This document shows positions 11,735 through 24,184 of a stretch of DNA of 64,000 bases, piece after piece. Every line of letters begins with the position of its first letter. Position 1 is the stretch's first letter. Position numbers and translations under genes: made by a program. Source of the stretch: Octopus vulgaris (lineage: Eukaryota); the NCBI GenBank assembly GCA_951406725.2, contig OX597824.1, positions 70,742,001 through 70,806,000 on the forward strand, read 5' to 3'. A model generated the notes under the pieces. It saw nothing but the letters and a program-made list of their open reading frames with translations. It did not search any database and was not told the origin of the DNA.

Positions 11735-11930
11735 TGTTCGTCCCCCATCACCGCTTGACAACCGGTGTTGGTGTGTTTACGTCCAACTAATCTAGCGCTT
11801 CAGCAAAAGAAACCGATAAAATAAGTTCCAGGCTTAAAAAAAGAAAATAAATACCGAAGTCAATTCATTCGACGAACAGAAATTCTTCGAGGTGGTGCCC
11901 TAGCATGGCCGCAGTCTAACGTAAAAGATA
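11735..11930 (+). mobile_element. SINE family A, 3' half
   Basis: cgcttgacaaccggtgttggtgtgtttacgt...tagcatggccgcagtc. Confidence 0.7.
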
Positions 11931-12240
11931 AAAGAAACAAATCTGTAAGTACTGGGTACATATAATTGAGTGTTCTATTGAAGACAGTGCTCCAGCATGG
12001 CCACAACCCAATGACAAAATGCACCAAAAGATGCTTTGGGAGGTTTTTTTACTCCGGTTCGGATCAGGCTGGAAGTGGAAAATAACGCAGAGAAGTTCAA
12101 GTGAAACCCACTTAACCGAGATTATTTGGTTTGTATCAGGCAACGTAGCTACATCTTGTTGGGAGCTCGCCCACTCTAATCACGTAGGCACATGCACGCT
12201 TTTAGACGTACACACGGTGTTGTTCCTGCATCCGATGGTG

Positions 12241-12500
12241 AAGACGACGACCACGACGATGACGATGATGATAACGACGACGATGATGATGATGATGGCG
12301 ATGATGATGATGACGACGACGACGACGATGATGATGAGGATGAGTGTGGTGGTGGTGGTGGTGGTGGTGGTGGTGGTGGTGGTGGTGGTGGTGGTGGTGG
12401 TGGTGGTGGTGGTGGTGGTGGTGGTGGTGGTGGTGGTGGTGGTGGTGGTGTTGGTGTTGGTGGTGGTGGTGTTGGTGGTGGTGGTGGTGTTGGTGGTGGT
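12241..12500. repeat. (GAT/GAC)n-(GGT)n trinucleotide microsatellite
   Basis: Visible; source of the spurious poly-D/G/H/V ORFs. Confidence 0.95.
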
Positions 12501-12651
12501 GAAGCAAAACGGATAACGTGCCAACGTTAATGATACAAGGTGCTCCCTATCTTTACACATACACGAACGTTTCCAAATCGAAATTTCTTTCATCCAAATA
12601 TTGTTAACAAGCATAGTACAAGTTGTTTCTGTATATATTTCCTCTTATTAA

Positions 12652-12710
<59 letters not shown>

Positions 12711-12913
12711 AACAAACAAACACACACACACAAACAGACGAACAAACAAACAAACAAACACGCACACCCCACACAATCACAAAAAGAATGTATATGCGTG
12801 TGTGGTGTATTTGCCTGCTTATTAATTTCGTTAATTACTAAATAATACTAAATTGATATCTTGTATCGCTTGTTAACGACAATCAAAAAACTGCATTGTT
12901 GTTGATAATGTTG

Positions 12914-12945
<32 letters not shown>

Positions 12946-12950
12946 GGTGG

Positions 12951-12984
<34 letters not shown>

Positions 12985-13201
12985 AATGTCTTTAACGTTC
13001 TCATTGATCGAAGTTAATGATTACTAATCAAACAGAAGCTGATAGCAATTAACTGACCAATCAATAAAAGATTATATAAGAATGTGTATGTGTGTGTGTA
13101 TGTACGCGATCTCTTTCTCTCTCTCTCTCTCTTTCTTTCACTCTCTCTCTCTCTCTCTCTTTATATGTATATATATATATATATATATAAGTATTGATAT
13201 A

Positions 13202-13241
<40 letters not shown>

Positions 13242-13259
13242 GATGTATATGTGTGCGTG

Positions 13260-13291
<32 letters not shown>

Positions 13292-13853
13292 TACACACAC
13301 ACACACTCACACACACTATCTATATATAACGTGCGTGTAATATGTAGCACGAACACGAATATGAATTAAAAGAAATAGTTCAGAATGGCCTGTGGCATCA
13401 AAATGGACAATAAAGATGAATAAAGAAGAATCAAAAACCCATGTAATATACTTTTGATGTATTGAATTATCTCCCCTTTGAGAGGAGAACAAACTAATAC
13501 TTGGAGATTCTGCCTCTAATCTTAGCCTTATTTCCCAACCTTTCTCTATGCTTCAGTATCATACTCTGCCTATGTATCCATTTCTATTATTTCCTCTATC
13601 CTTTTCTCAGTCTCCCCAACTTCTTTACTTTATCACGGCACCTCTCTAATTAACCCTCTGTATTGTACACTTTTAACTTTCTTTTATTTATCTCTCCCAT
13701 TTTACTTGTAATATCTTCTCAAACTTATTTCTCCGTCGCAACACGTATAAATTGTGTGTGTATATACTGGACATACACATACGTATAAGTACGATTTATA
13801 TATCTGCATGTGTATCTCTTTCTCTCTCTCTCTCCCTCTCTCTCTCTCTCTCG

Positions 13854-13940
<87 letters not shown>

Positions 13941-14042
13941 CCAGACAATGTTTTGAAGAGACACCCACACAGATTGCATATCCGATTTGGACCACCAATA
14001 GCGCTGCAGTTAAGCTCTCATCTTTGTAGATCTTAATATATT

Positions 14043-15300
14043 CAAGGGTTGGACAAAACAATGGAAACACCTAGCATCATAGCATCATAATTTTGAAATA
14101 TCTATAAAAGCTTGTTTATTTTTATGTTTTTGATTTATTATTAGTGTTGCTTACTATGTTTTGCTAAAATTGCTGTTTCTTTTCAGATGTCATCAGAAAA
14201 AGGTAATTGAAATTCATTAAAATGACAGATCTACCGGACTTTCAAAGAGGTCAAATTGTTGGTGCTCGTATGGCAGACGCTAGCGTAACGAAAACATCCA
14301 AAATGCTTGGTGCATCAAGAAGTACTGTATCGAAAGTAATGATAGTCTTTGAGAAAGAGGGAAAAACCTCTTCGTCGAAATAAAACTCTGGAAGAAAACC
14401 AAAACTTTCAGACAGGGACCGTTGAACTCTTACGCGAATTGTTAGAAAGGATCACAAAAGTCCGACCCCCAGAATTACTGCAGAGCTTAATGACCACCTC
14501 AGAAACCAGTTTCCATAAAAAATGTTCGCCGGGAGCTGCACAAAGCCGGATTTCACAGGAGGGCTGCGATCAGAAAACCACTACTTTCAAAAACAAACGT
14601 TGCAATGCGTTTAGAGTGGAGTAAAAATCTACAGAATTCGTCCCTAGAGCAATGGAAGAATGTTATTTTCTCGGACGAGTCATCTTTACCTTATTCCTGA
14701 TCACCGGCCGAGTATACGTATAGAGACAGTAAAAAGAAGCATTTGACCCAGATTGCCTTCTTCCAACTGTTAAACATGGACGAGTATCTGTGATCATCTG
14801 GGGAGTTATATTTTGGAAATCCGCCGGCCCAATGGTTTCCATTCAAGGCAGAATTAATATTTAAGACTATTTAAGCATTTTATCTGATCAAATTCATCCT
14901 ATGGTTGCGGAACTGTTTCCAGAGGGAAACGTAATCTTTCAGGATGATAATGCACCAATTCACACAGCTAAAGTTGTTACTGAATGGCACGAGGAACATT
15001 CTAGTGAAGTCGAACATCTTATCTAGAAACCACAGTCCCCAGATCTCAATATTATTAAACATTTATGGTCCATTTTCGAAAAACAAGTAAGGAGTCGATA
15101 TCCCCCACTATCATCACTACAAGAATTGGAGACTGTTTTAGCTGAAGAATGGACAAAAATTCCTTTGGAAACAATTCAAACTTTGTACGAGTCTATAGCT
15201 CATGGAATTCAAGCTGTAATTACTGCCAAAGGTGGTTCTACCCCATATTAAAATAAATTTGTTTGAAATTTTAAGGTGTTTCCATTATCTTGTCCAACCA

Positions 15301-15303
<3 letters not shown>
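14043..15303 (+). mobile_element. Tc1-family DNA transposon, full length, inactive
   Basis: About 30-bp TIRs caagggttggacaaaacaatggaaacacct / aggtgtttccattatcttgtccaaccactg enclosing a transposase pseudogene. Confidence 0.92.
14222..15250 (+). pseudogene. Tc1 DD34E transposase pseudogene
   Basis: MTDLPDFQRGQIVGARMA.., FSDES, FQDDNAPIH, SPDLNIIKHLW (catalytic E changed to K); stops and frameshifts. Confidence 0.9.
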
Positions 15304-15353
<50 letters not shown>

Positions 15354-15798
15354 AAATTGCGAGGATGATCCGGTTCTTGACTGAAGATAAAAGGCTTCGA
15401 ATGACCCGTCCGTGTTTTTTTGTATCGTCTATCTGGATGTTTTGTTGTCTTTTTTTGTATCATCTAGTTGTCCGGATGTTTTGCGTTCTTGTCCCATTTT
15501 GTATTCTATTGTATTTACGAAGGAGAGGAAAAAATAAATAGAAAACGACAGAAGAGTAGTGCAACCAATGTGTTGGACAGGGTTCCTTTTCAATGTGAAG
15601 ATGACAAACAGTAAAAAGAAGGAAAAGCAACCGAGTTTTACATCGCTTAAAAATAGACCACGTAAAATTTTGCTGTTTCCTTCTCACTTTGTTGCTTTCA
15701 CTCTGAAGATAGACTGTTTTCGAATCGTTGGATATGCCTCTAAGTCACTACCCACGGCAATTTCACTGTGATCTCTCTGTTGCTTTTACCTATACAAG

Positions 15799-15845
15799 CG
15801 TCGCCGATGCAAACCAGCAACCATCTCTTTGGAGGCTGATTATAC
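15799..15845 (+). CDS. Candidate micro-exon C (VADANQQPSLWRLII); duplicate at about 27209-27255
   Basis: Pyrimidine tract plus aag acceptor, gtatgt donor; phase 2 in, 1 out, matching its neighbours. Confidence 0.3.
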
Positions 15846-15973
15846 GTATGTACGTAAGTATATATGTATGTACGTAAGTATGTATATATATGTAATGTGC
15901 AATACACATGCACACACGCACTCACATGTAAGAGAAACATAAATACATACAAACATACATACGTATATCATGT

Positions 15974-16074
15974 ATACATACATACATACATACATACATA
16001 CATACATACATACATACATACAAACATTCATACATACATACATGCATACATACATACATACATACATACATACA

Positions 16075-16108
<34 letters not shown>

Positions 16109-16196
16109 CATACATGCATACATACATACATACATACATACATACATACATACATACATACATACATACATACATACATACATACATACATACATA
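15974..16196. repeat. (CATA)n microsatellite
   Basis: Visible. Confidence 0.95.
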
Positions 16197-17056
16197 CTTA
16201 TTATATTCTTCAATTGATTATCTATAATTTTGGAACGGAATTGATCGACATAAATAGCAAACTGGAAAGAAGACATGAGAAATCTCGTTAACATTATTTA
16301 CAGGAAGAAATAAAACAAAAGAAAAAAACAGAAGGAACAAGAACTAGAAGCTTAAAGCGTAATCCGAGTTATTGATATATATACCAATAGCTTGTATCAT
16401 TTTCTGGAAATTTCTCGATCTATCGTGTCCATAATGGATCCGAGTCATATTAATCACGAAATTTTATGTCCATTAGGAGTTCTAAAAGCCATTAAAGTCT
16501 TTATGTCTGACAGTTATTTATATCTTGGTTGGGTTTTTTTTCTTCTGTCATTTAATTGTGACTTGCCGGATTTTAGATTAATTTTTTTTCCTTCTAGTTA
16601 ACATTGAAAATATGAGCACCGACGTAACTGTTTTGTATTAAAGATAGTTTTATGTCATGTACAATATGAGTATTTGGTGGGTCCTAGTCATTACAATATC
16701 AGGTAGGCTGAGTGAGAATGACTTCACTAATATTTATATGTTTCCAATTTCGTTTTTATTAACCAGAACATTTGCATTTGCAACAATTATTTGATTACAA
16801 CAGCAAATATAAGATAAGTTAATGTAATAATACCTAAGTTATTTATATGAAAATTGTTCGTGGTTATTAAAGACAGAGAAAGTAACAAAAAAGTGAAAAC
16901 AACTTATCACAAAACTGCCCGAGAGAGTTCTGTGTACCACCTGAGGTTCAACATCCCAGCTTTTTATAACATTAAGTCAAGTTCTCAGAACTTTCGGTCG
17001 ATCTATTTGGCGGGGAAATTAACAAAACTTTCAAGTCTATCGATTATTTGGTTATT

Positions 17057-17271
17057 CGAGGGAGTGCTGAAAAGTTCCCGGCTTTTAAGGGTATCGCGGA
17101 AGGCCTGGTTTGAAGCCCAGCCTGAGTTCTTTTACAGGGCTTAGAAAAATTGAAGGGCCTCAGCTATAAGTGCATAAATCTGAGCGGGGAAAATGATGAA
17201 TAAAATCATAAGTAACCGATCCTCTTGTATTTTCTTTAACCCTAAGCCAAGAACTTTTCAGCACCCTCTCG
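17057..17271 (+). mobile_element. Mariner-derived MITE (duplicate 28476-28690)
   Basis: TIRs cgagggagtgctgaaaagttcccggctt / aagccaagaacttttcagcaccctctcg, followed by TA. Confidence 0.8.
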
Positions 17272-17351
17272 TATTCCAGCTGATCTGACTGACCGAACCA
17301 TTGTTCACGTAAGTGTTAATGCCTTTTATGGTGACACAATTATTTTCTCAT

Positions 17352-17397
17352 AGCCTTAAACGAATTTTCGGACCTTATTGAGTTCTCATCAGAGGTT
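17352..17397 (-). ncRNA. Type I hammerhead ribozyme in a 207-bp monomer repeat (duplicate 28771-28816)
   Basis: Minus strand: AACCT-CTGATGA-GAACT(caataa)GGTCC-GAAA-A(ttcgt)T-TA-AGGCT; one stem II mismatch. Confidence 0.65.
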
Positions 17398-18252
17398 TCT
17401 ATATTATCTTGAACAATGCAAAATAAATATGCAGCCAGCCTGTTTATATACTCAACAAATCCAATAGCTACAGAGAACTAGGACTATTAACTTGCATACC
17501 GTGAGTATTCAACACTTGACTTAATATCAAAGGCCTATCAACAAAATTATTTTCTCATTGCCTTTTAAGGCAATATAGTTGAGCCGCGGTTCGACACTGG
17601 AGATTTGAGTGAGATGGTTCGAATCTCAGTAGGATCCTCGCCGCAAGTATTTCGGGAAGAGTGTTTCTTTTTCTAGAGTGCGATATGTGAATCTTCTAAT
17701 AGTTTTACAAACTTCCAAACAACTATCAGAGAAGAACTTCGAGAGGAATGCATGGTTCCTATACTGCCACAGAGAGGGGAAACTTATCTACGAATCTTGT
17801 TCAGTTCGTATTGGGATGCTCTCAACTAGAACAGCTCGATCAGAGTTGACTTGGAGATATACTGCCAATTACCACAGAAGAGCTAACACCACTAGAACCA
17901 CCACCACCACCACCATCAGGGCCATCACTAAGAACATTACCCCTGATGAAACATTATGCTAAAATTACACGACCGATAATAATGGGCAAAAGAATACCAT
18001 TTGTCATGTTCTCTCTAGAGTATCCTTGCCTGTCTGTGCCGTGGCCACTACCACCAAAACTTATAAACGCACAGAAAGTCCAACGACGAGTTGGTAATTT
18101 AGTTAGAACGTAAAACAAAAACGCTTTTGAGGTATTTTTTGGAGTCCACAATGTTTTGATTTCGAAATGCTACCTACTGGATTATTTCGCTTTGTCAACC
18201 TCGCCTTTTCGGGATCGACATAACGAAATAGTCCAGGGGAGTGGGGAACTGG

Positions 18253-18254
<2 letters not shown>

Positions 18255-18298
<44 letters not shown>

Positions 18299-18403
18299 TA
18301 TGTGTGTGTGTATGTGTGTGTGTGTGTATGTGTGTGTGTGTGTATGTGTGTGTGTGTGTGTATGTGTGTGTATGTGTGAGTGAGTGTGTATGTGTGTGTA
18401 TGT

Positions 18404-18465
<62 letters not shown>

Positions 18466-18482
18466 GTGTGTATGTGTGTGTA

Positions 18483-18528
<46 letters not shown>

Positions 18529-18612
18529 TGTGTGTATGTGTGTGTGTATGTGTGTGTGTATGTGTGTGTGTATGTGTGTGTATGTGTGTGTGTGTGTGTA
18601 TGTGTGTGTGTG
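18255..18612. repeat. (TG)n/(TA) microsatellite running into a SINE A 3' half (to about 18815)
   Basis: Visible. Confidence 0.9.
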
Positions 18613-19467
18613 TCTGTTTGACCCCCCCCTTAGTAATTAACAATCGGTGTTGGTTTGTTTTGACATCTCCGTATAGTCATAGAGATTCGGAAAAAGACGG
18701 CGATAGAATGAGTAAATCACTTTAAGACAAGCTGGGATCGATTTGTTCGACTAAAACACTTCAAGACGGTGCCCCAGTATGGCCGCAGCCCAGTGACTGA
18801 AACAAGTAAAAGGCAAAAGAACCACATGCACTGTATAAGAGACAGTGAGAGCGAGAGGAGAGAGAGAGAGAGAGAGAGGGAGAGAGACAGAGAGAGAGAG
18901 ATGGAGATGGAAATGAGAGTGAGAAAGAGAGACAGTGAGGAAGAGAGAGATGGAGGGAGAGAGAGAAAGAGAGAGAGAGATATAGCAGTGTTAACGAAGT
19001 GAGGGCAGTTGTGAGGTAATTGTGGTAGTGTTGGAGGGTTGTAAGATATGGAAAAGAGAGGAGGGGGCATAGGAGACTGTGAAAGATAAGAAGATACGAA
19101 GTAGGTGCTGTGGGGCGAGGGGAGGGGGAGAGGCGAAGCTAGATAAATAGGGGGGAAGACGAGGAGGTGGCGAAAAATAAGTGAAAAAGAAAAGGAGGAA
19201 AATGAAAAAAGAGTAAGAAGAGAAAGGAATAAATCTGGTCAAAGTCAAATTTAGAAGGAGGGGGAGGAGGAGGGGGAGGAGAGGAGAAGGGTTAGATTAA
19301 TATGACTGGAGCAGACGATAATTGAACAGTGTTGGCGGTGGTGGGGATGTAGACTATAGAGATGTGGATACGGTAGTGGTGTTTCTGGAGAGTGGGCGAT
19401 AGATTGTTTACACGTACGTACATAGATAACACACACACACACACACGCACACATATTTACGGACGTA

Positions 19468-19624
19468 TATGCGTGGCTGTGTGGTAAGAAGTTTGCTTCT
19501 CAACCACATGGTTCTGGGTTCAGTCCCACTGTGTAACACCTTGAGCAAGTATCTTCTATTATAGCCCCGGGCCAACCAAAGCCTTGTGAGTGGATTTGGT
19601 TGACGGAAACTGAAAGAAAGCGTC

Positions 19625-19681
<57 letters not shown>

Positions 19682-19920
19682 GTGTGTGTGTGTGCGCGTG
19701 TGTGTGTGTGTCTGTGGTTGTTCCTCCCTCACCATCGCTTGACAACCGATGTTGGTGTGTTTACGTCCACGTAACATGTATGTGTATATATGTTCGGCAA
19801 AAGGGACCGAATAAGTACTAGGCTTACAATGAATAAGTCATGGGGTCGATTCGTTCGACTAAAGGCTGTGCTCTAGCATGGCCGCAGTCAAATGACTGAA
19901 ACAAGTGAACGAATAAAAGA
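19468..19920 (+). mobile_element. SINE family A
   Basis: gtggctgtgtggtaag...gacggaaactgaaagaa (TA)n(TG)n ...gcatggccgcagtcaaatgactgaaacaag. Confidence 0.88.
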
Positions 19921-19967
19921 ATATACATAGATATCATTATGCATGTGTGGGTATATATAATATATAT

Positions 19968-20024
<57 letters not shown>

Positions 20025-20025
20025 A

Positions 20026-20253
20026 AAGGTGGCGAGCTGGAAGAAACGTTAGCGCGCCGGGCGAACTGCTTAGCGGTATTTCGTCTGCCGCTACTTTCTG
20101 AGTTCAAATTCTGCCGAGGTCGACTTTGCCTTTCATCCTTTCGGGTCGATAAATTAAGTACCAGTTACGCACTGGGGTCGATGTAATAGACTTAATCCAT
20201 TTGTCAGTCCTTGTTTGTCCCCTCTATGTTTAGCCCTTGTGGGTAGTAAAGAA

Positions 20254-20255
<2 letters not shown>
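20026..20255 (+). mobile_element. SINE family B (tail1 type)
   Basis: aggtggcgagctgg...gtgggtagtaaagaaata. Confidence 0.88.
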
Positions 20256-20294
<39 letters not shown>

Positions 20295-20639
20295 TGTTTT
20301 CAATTTCGTTTTCGTCTCTCGTATTTACATCCGTCTCGTGCGTTCACATTCCTGTCTTCTACCAAGAAATCTAATGCTTACAGCTTAGTTTTTTTTCTTG
20401 GGGCTGGCCGAGTTGGAGAAAATATCAGAATTGAACAGCCGAAATTTGCTATGATGATTCGGTGTCTGACTGAAGATTGAAGGCTTCGAATGATTTGTCT
20501 GTGTTCCGTGTTTGTCCCTTCCTGTATTTCACGTTCTTTATGTATAAAACATTTATCCTTATATATATATATATTGTTATATTTCGGAATGGTCATATTG
20601 CCAGTTTAGCCAAAATCTTGGACAACAAATATTTAAACG

Positions 20640-20707
<68 letters not shown>

Positions 20708-20711
<4 letters not shown>

Positions 20712-21081
20712 TGACGTATTTTTGCCATTTCAATATGGCTAACCCCTAAGGGTGGATGCTACTGTAGTTTTTAGCCCCAGGAGGACACACTCCTCCAGCT
20801 GGCCATAGACACACTTTCTGTGTCCTGTCAGTGTTTGCAAAGGGAAGTCATCCTTCCCGTCTTCAACTTATGATACACACGGACTCGAGTTTCGAGGTAT
20901 TGACCTCTCGTCAGCGTGTGACAATCATAGTTGTCGGCGAGAATTAGATTTCCTTCACAAATACTTATACTTTTTCCAGCGTCCACTGTCGCTGATATTG
21001 AAAAAGTGAAATCAAACAATGATAAATATCAAAGTGAGTTATATACAGTAGTGGTAACACATCGTGACGTATTTTTGTGAC

Positions 21082-21085
<4 letters not shown>
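20708..21085 (-). mobile_element. Candidate non-LTR retrozyme: 353-bp ORF-less monomer with terminal redundancy and a hammerhead (duplicate 32134-32511)
   Basis: atcgtgacgtatttttg at 20708-20724 and 21061-21077; (TA)n on both sides; several hairpins; canonical hammerhead inside. Confidence 0.7.
20864..20933 (-). ncRNA. Canonical type I hammerhead ribozyme
   Basis: Minus strand: CAACTATGAT-tgt-CACACG CTGACGA GAGGT(caat)ACCTC GAAA C(tcga)G TC^CGTGTG-t-ATCATAAGTTG. All core nucleotides intact, GUC cleavage triplet. Confidence 0.93.
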
Positions 21086-21145
<60 letters not shown>

Positions 21146-21197
21146 AGTGAATTGAAGAAATGGAGTTGAACGAAGATTGAACAGAAATCGTTTTATT

Positions 21198-21277
21198 GCA
21201 TTCTACACGTGTTTCGAAAGGCACAATTTACCAAATTCCGATTGAATAAGGAGACCATATTGTGTCTTTCTCTTCAG
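21198..21277 (-). ncRNA. Hammerhead core with intact stems II and III; stem I 5' strand lost (duplicate 32624-32703)
   Basis: Minus strand: CTGAAGA-GAAAGACACAAT...ATTGTGCCTTTC-GAAA-CACGTG-TA. Confidence 0.7.
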
Positions 21278-21410
21278 CTACAGATTTAGCTACAGAGAAC
21301 TAGGGCTCTTAACTTGCATACCGTGAGTATTAAACACTCGACTTAATATCAATGGCCTGTCAACGAAAATCTCAGCTCACCAAGTATCAAGGTATGATAC
21401 ATGTAAACTT

Positions 21411-21575
21411 ACGGCTGTGTAATAAGAAGCTTTTTTCTCAACCAAATTGTTCCAGATTCAGTCCTACTGCGTGGAACCTTGAGCAAGTGTCTTCTATTAT
21501 AACTACAGCCTTGTGAGTGAATGTGGTAGACGGAAACTGAAAGAAGCCCGTCGTATATATATATGTATATATGTA

Positions 21576-21610
<35 letters not shown>

Positions 21611-22405
21611 TTGTCTCCACCACCATCGCTCGACAACCGATGTTTATGTCCCCGTAACTTCAACAAGAGAGAACAATACACTAAGTACTAGGCTTACAAA
21701 GAATAAGTCCCGATGTTGATTTGTTCGACTAAAACCCCTTAAGGTAGTGCTCCAGCTTGGTTGCAGCCAAATGACTGAAACAAGTGAAAGAATATATATA
21801 TATATATATATATCTTTTTATATTTTGTTTCAGCCATTTGACTGCGGCCATGCTGGAGCACCGTCTTTAGTTGAACAAATCGGCCCCAGGACTCAGTCTT
21901 TGTAAGTCTAGTATTTATGCTATTGGCCTTTTTTGCCGAACCGCTAAGTTATGGGAACGTAAACACACTAGCATCGGTTGCCAAGCGATGTGAGGGGGGG
22001 GGAACAAATACAGACACACAAACATATACATATATATAAATAAAAAAGACGAAGAACAAACACAAAATAAAAAAAAAACATCAACGTGAGGACCTGGCAC
22101 ATGTAATGTATTAGCAGACGCTCAGGGAAGGAAAAAAAGGTGGTTTTACGTTTCGAGCAAAATTCTTCTTCAAAAACAGGAGACAGAGGAAAGTCCAATA
22201 GAAAAGGAAGACGGAGGGGAAAAAAATCGCAAACGATTCACACGACAGGCTTCTTTCAGTTTCCGTCTACCAAATTCACTCACAGCGCTTTGGTCGGCCC
22301 GAGGCTATAGTAGAAGACACTTGCCTAAGGTTCCACGTAGTGGGACTGAACCCAGAACCATATGGTTAGTAAGCAAGCTACTTACCACAGAGCCATTCTT
22401 GCGCC
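21411..22405. mobile_element. Two SINE A copies tail-to-tail (+ 21411-21790; - 21815-22405 with an internal insertion at about 22040-22242)
   Basis: Family A motifs in both orientations. Confidence 0.8.
22143..22177 (-). ncRNA. Degenerate minimal hammerhead (duplicate 33592-33626)
   Basis: Minus strand: GTTT-ttgaaga-AGAATTTTGCTC-GAAA-CG-TA-AAAC; C3 changed to U and stem II mutated. Confidence 0.45.
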
Positions 22406-22473
22406 TATAAAGAGAAAGAAATTCCTTTAAAGTAATCCCCATTCAGTTAGCACTAAAGTGCTACTTGCATCAG

Positions 22474-22654
22474 TCTCTGCTATGACGAATATACCTACCA
22501 ACAACTCCCAGCTCCGCCAAATAGTGTCATTGCATCAACAGGAAACAGCTGATAGGTTCGATACGATTCCTCAAATCAGTAATCTCTACGTTCGGTCTCG
22601 AGACTTTTCCCCCGGTGATAATGAAAAAGGTTCATCTCCATTTGTGACCCGAAA
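22474..22654 (+). CDS. Candidate exon D (SAMTNIPTNNSQLRQ...GSSPFVTR); 3' boundary uncertain (22629 or 22654)
   Basis: cttgcatcag acceptor, open in phase 1, non-repetitive sequence; donor weak. Confidence 0.25.
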
Positions 22655-22761
22655 GCAAGTCTTATATATATATACACATGATAAATCTAACAATTTCTTC
22701 GTGGTTCAAACATGACCGTCCTATTCGATTTTCAAATAATGTATCACGCACTACTTCATAC

Positions 22762-22878
<117 letters not shown>

Positions 22879-23350
22879 TTCTCTTTAATAATATGGTTTG
22901 GAATGTGAGTGGAATTTGGGAGTTTAATATGTTTGGCAGGAGGAATGTACCTGTAGGACTTTGTTGTGGGTTTCAGGACGTATATGCGTGTACTTTGTTG
23001 TGGGTTGCTTTCAGTATTGTTTAATCCTAGGTCTGCCTCGTGAGGTCAGACCTATGATCAAAAGCATTCCACCTGTGACCATCCCGTCTTTTCGGTGTCA
23101 CGTGGGAGGATATTCTTCAAAGAACTCTTTACTTATTTAAGACATTATGCTCTTATTTGTTTCAACCATTCGGCTGTAGCCATGTTGAAAGACCGTTTTG
23201 CAAGACTAGCCGAACAAATCGTCAAGAGTACACACTTTAAATATAGTACTTATTCTATCGGTTTCTCTTGCCGAATCTCTAAGTTAAAAGGTTCTAAACA
23301 AACCGAAACAGATTGGTTGTCAAGTAGTAGGGAGCGGGGCAAACACACAC

Positions 23351-23401
<51 letters not shown>

Positions 23402-23874
23402 TGTAGGTGACACGTGACGGTTCCGCAGTTTCTTGCTAAATAGCTGACCACCCTGCGCAAATGATTTTCAGTGACCAATTGTTTGTGGTGGACATAAGCT
23501 CACTCTCTCCATCAAGTGATTGCTTAGCAACGTAAAATGAAGTGTTTTGCTCAAGAACACAACGTCCGCCCAGTCTGTGAATCGAACCCACGATCTCGTG
23601 GTCGTGAGTGTAACACTCTGACCACGAGGTCATTTACTCACCCCACTACCATCGACGAGCTTCTACGCAGTTTCCACCTACAAAATTTCCGTCTACTAAA
23701 TCCACTGACAAGACTTTGGTCAGTTAGAGGCTATAGTAGAAGACACTTGCCCAAGGTGCTATGCAATGAGATTGAAACTGGAACCTTGTAATTGGGAAGC
23801 ACGACGGATGAAGTGAGTAGAATCAACAGTCATCCAACAGCAGAGACTCAGAAAAACTTAACTTTTTTTTTCAG

Positions 23875-24103
23875 ACATTTCTCAAGGACAAGGAAATTCC
23901 AAAATAACAATCGCATCGCTGCGAAGCCGGAAATCTTGCTTGTTTCTGAATTTCTTGGTTCTGTCACTGAGAATCTTAGTAGTGTTGTGCAAGCTGTTAT
24001 TGACTTTAGATTTCAGCTCGCGCATTGCTGGCAGCCGTTGTCTTTAATATTCGGGGAAGTGGTTATCAACCAAGGTTCATATGGCCTTTGGGAGTTCATG
24101 TAA
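23875..24103 (+). CDS. Candidate terminal exon E (stop at 24047 or 24103 depending on phase), AATAAA at 24129
   Basis: ttaactttttttttcag acceptor; two frames open; poly(A) signal downstream. Confidence 0.3.
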
Positions 24104-24184
24104 AATTTTGTTGTTAAAATTTACCTGCAATAAATTGCTTATATTTGTACAATACACAGCTTAATTTAACAATTTTTAATGCAA

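Noticed and set aside
12019-12614. Poly-His/Gly/Asp/Val/Thr ORFs
   Set aside because: Trinucleotide microsatellite open in several frames on both strands, with no supporting gene structure.
15381-15410. ctgaaga..aaggcttcgaatga hammerhead-like motif (also at 20470)
   Set aside because: A dispersed repeat, but GAAA reads GAAT and no convincing stems I and III; not counted as a ribozyme.
17943-18170. ctgatga with a distant cgaaa
   Set aside because: Helices are not contiguous with the core.
20730-20800. Second, opposite-polarity ribozyme (twister or HDV-like) in the 353-bp unit
   Set aside because: Stems are present (ggctaa/ttagcc) but I could not match the conserved twister or HDV pseudoknot nucleotides by eye; needs a covariance-model search.
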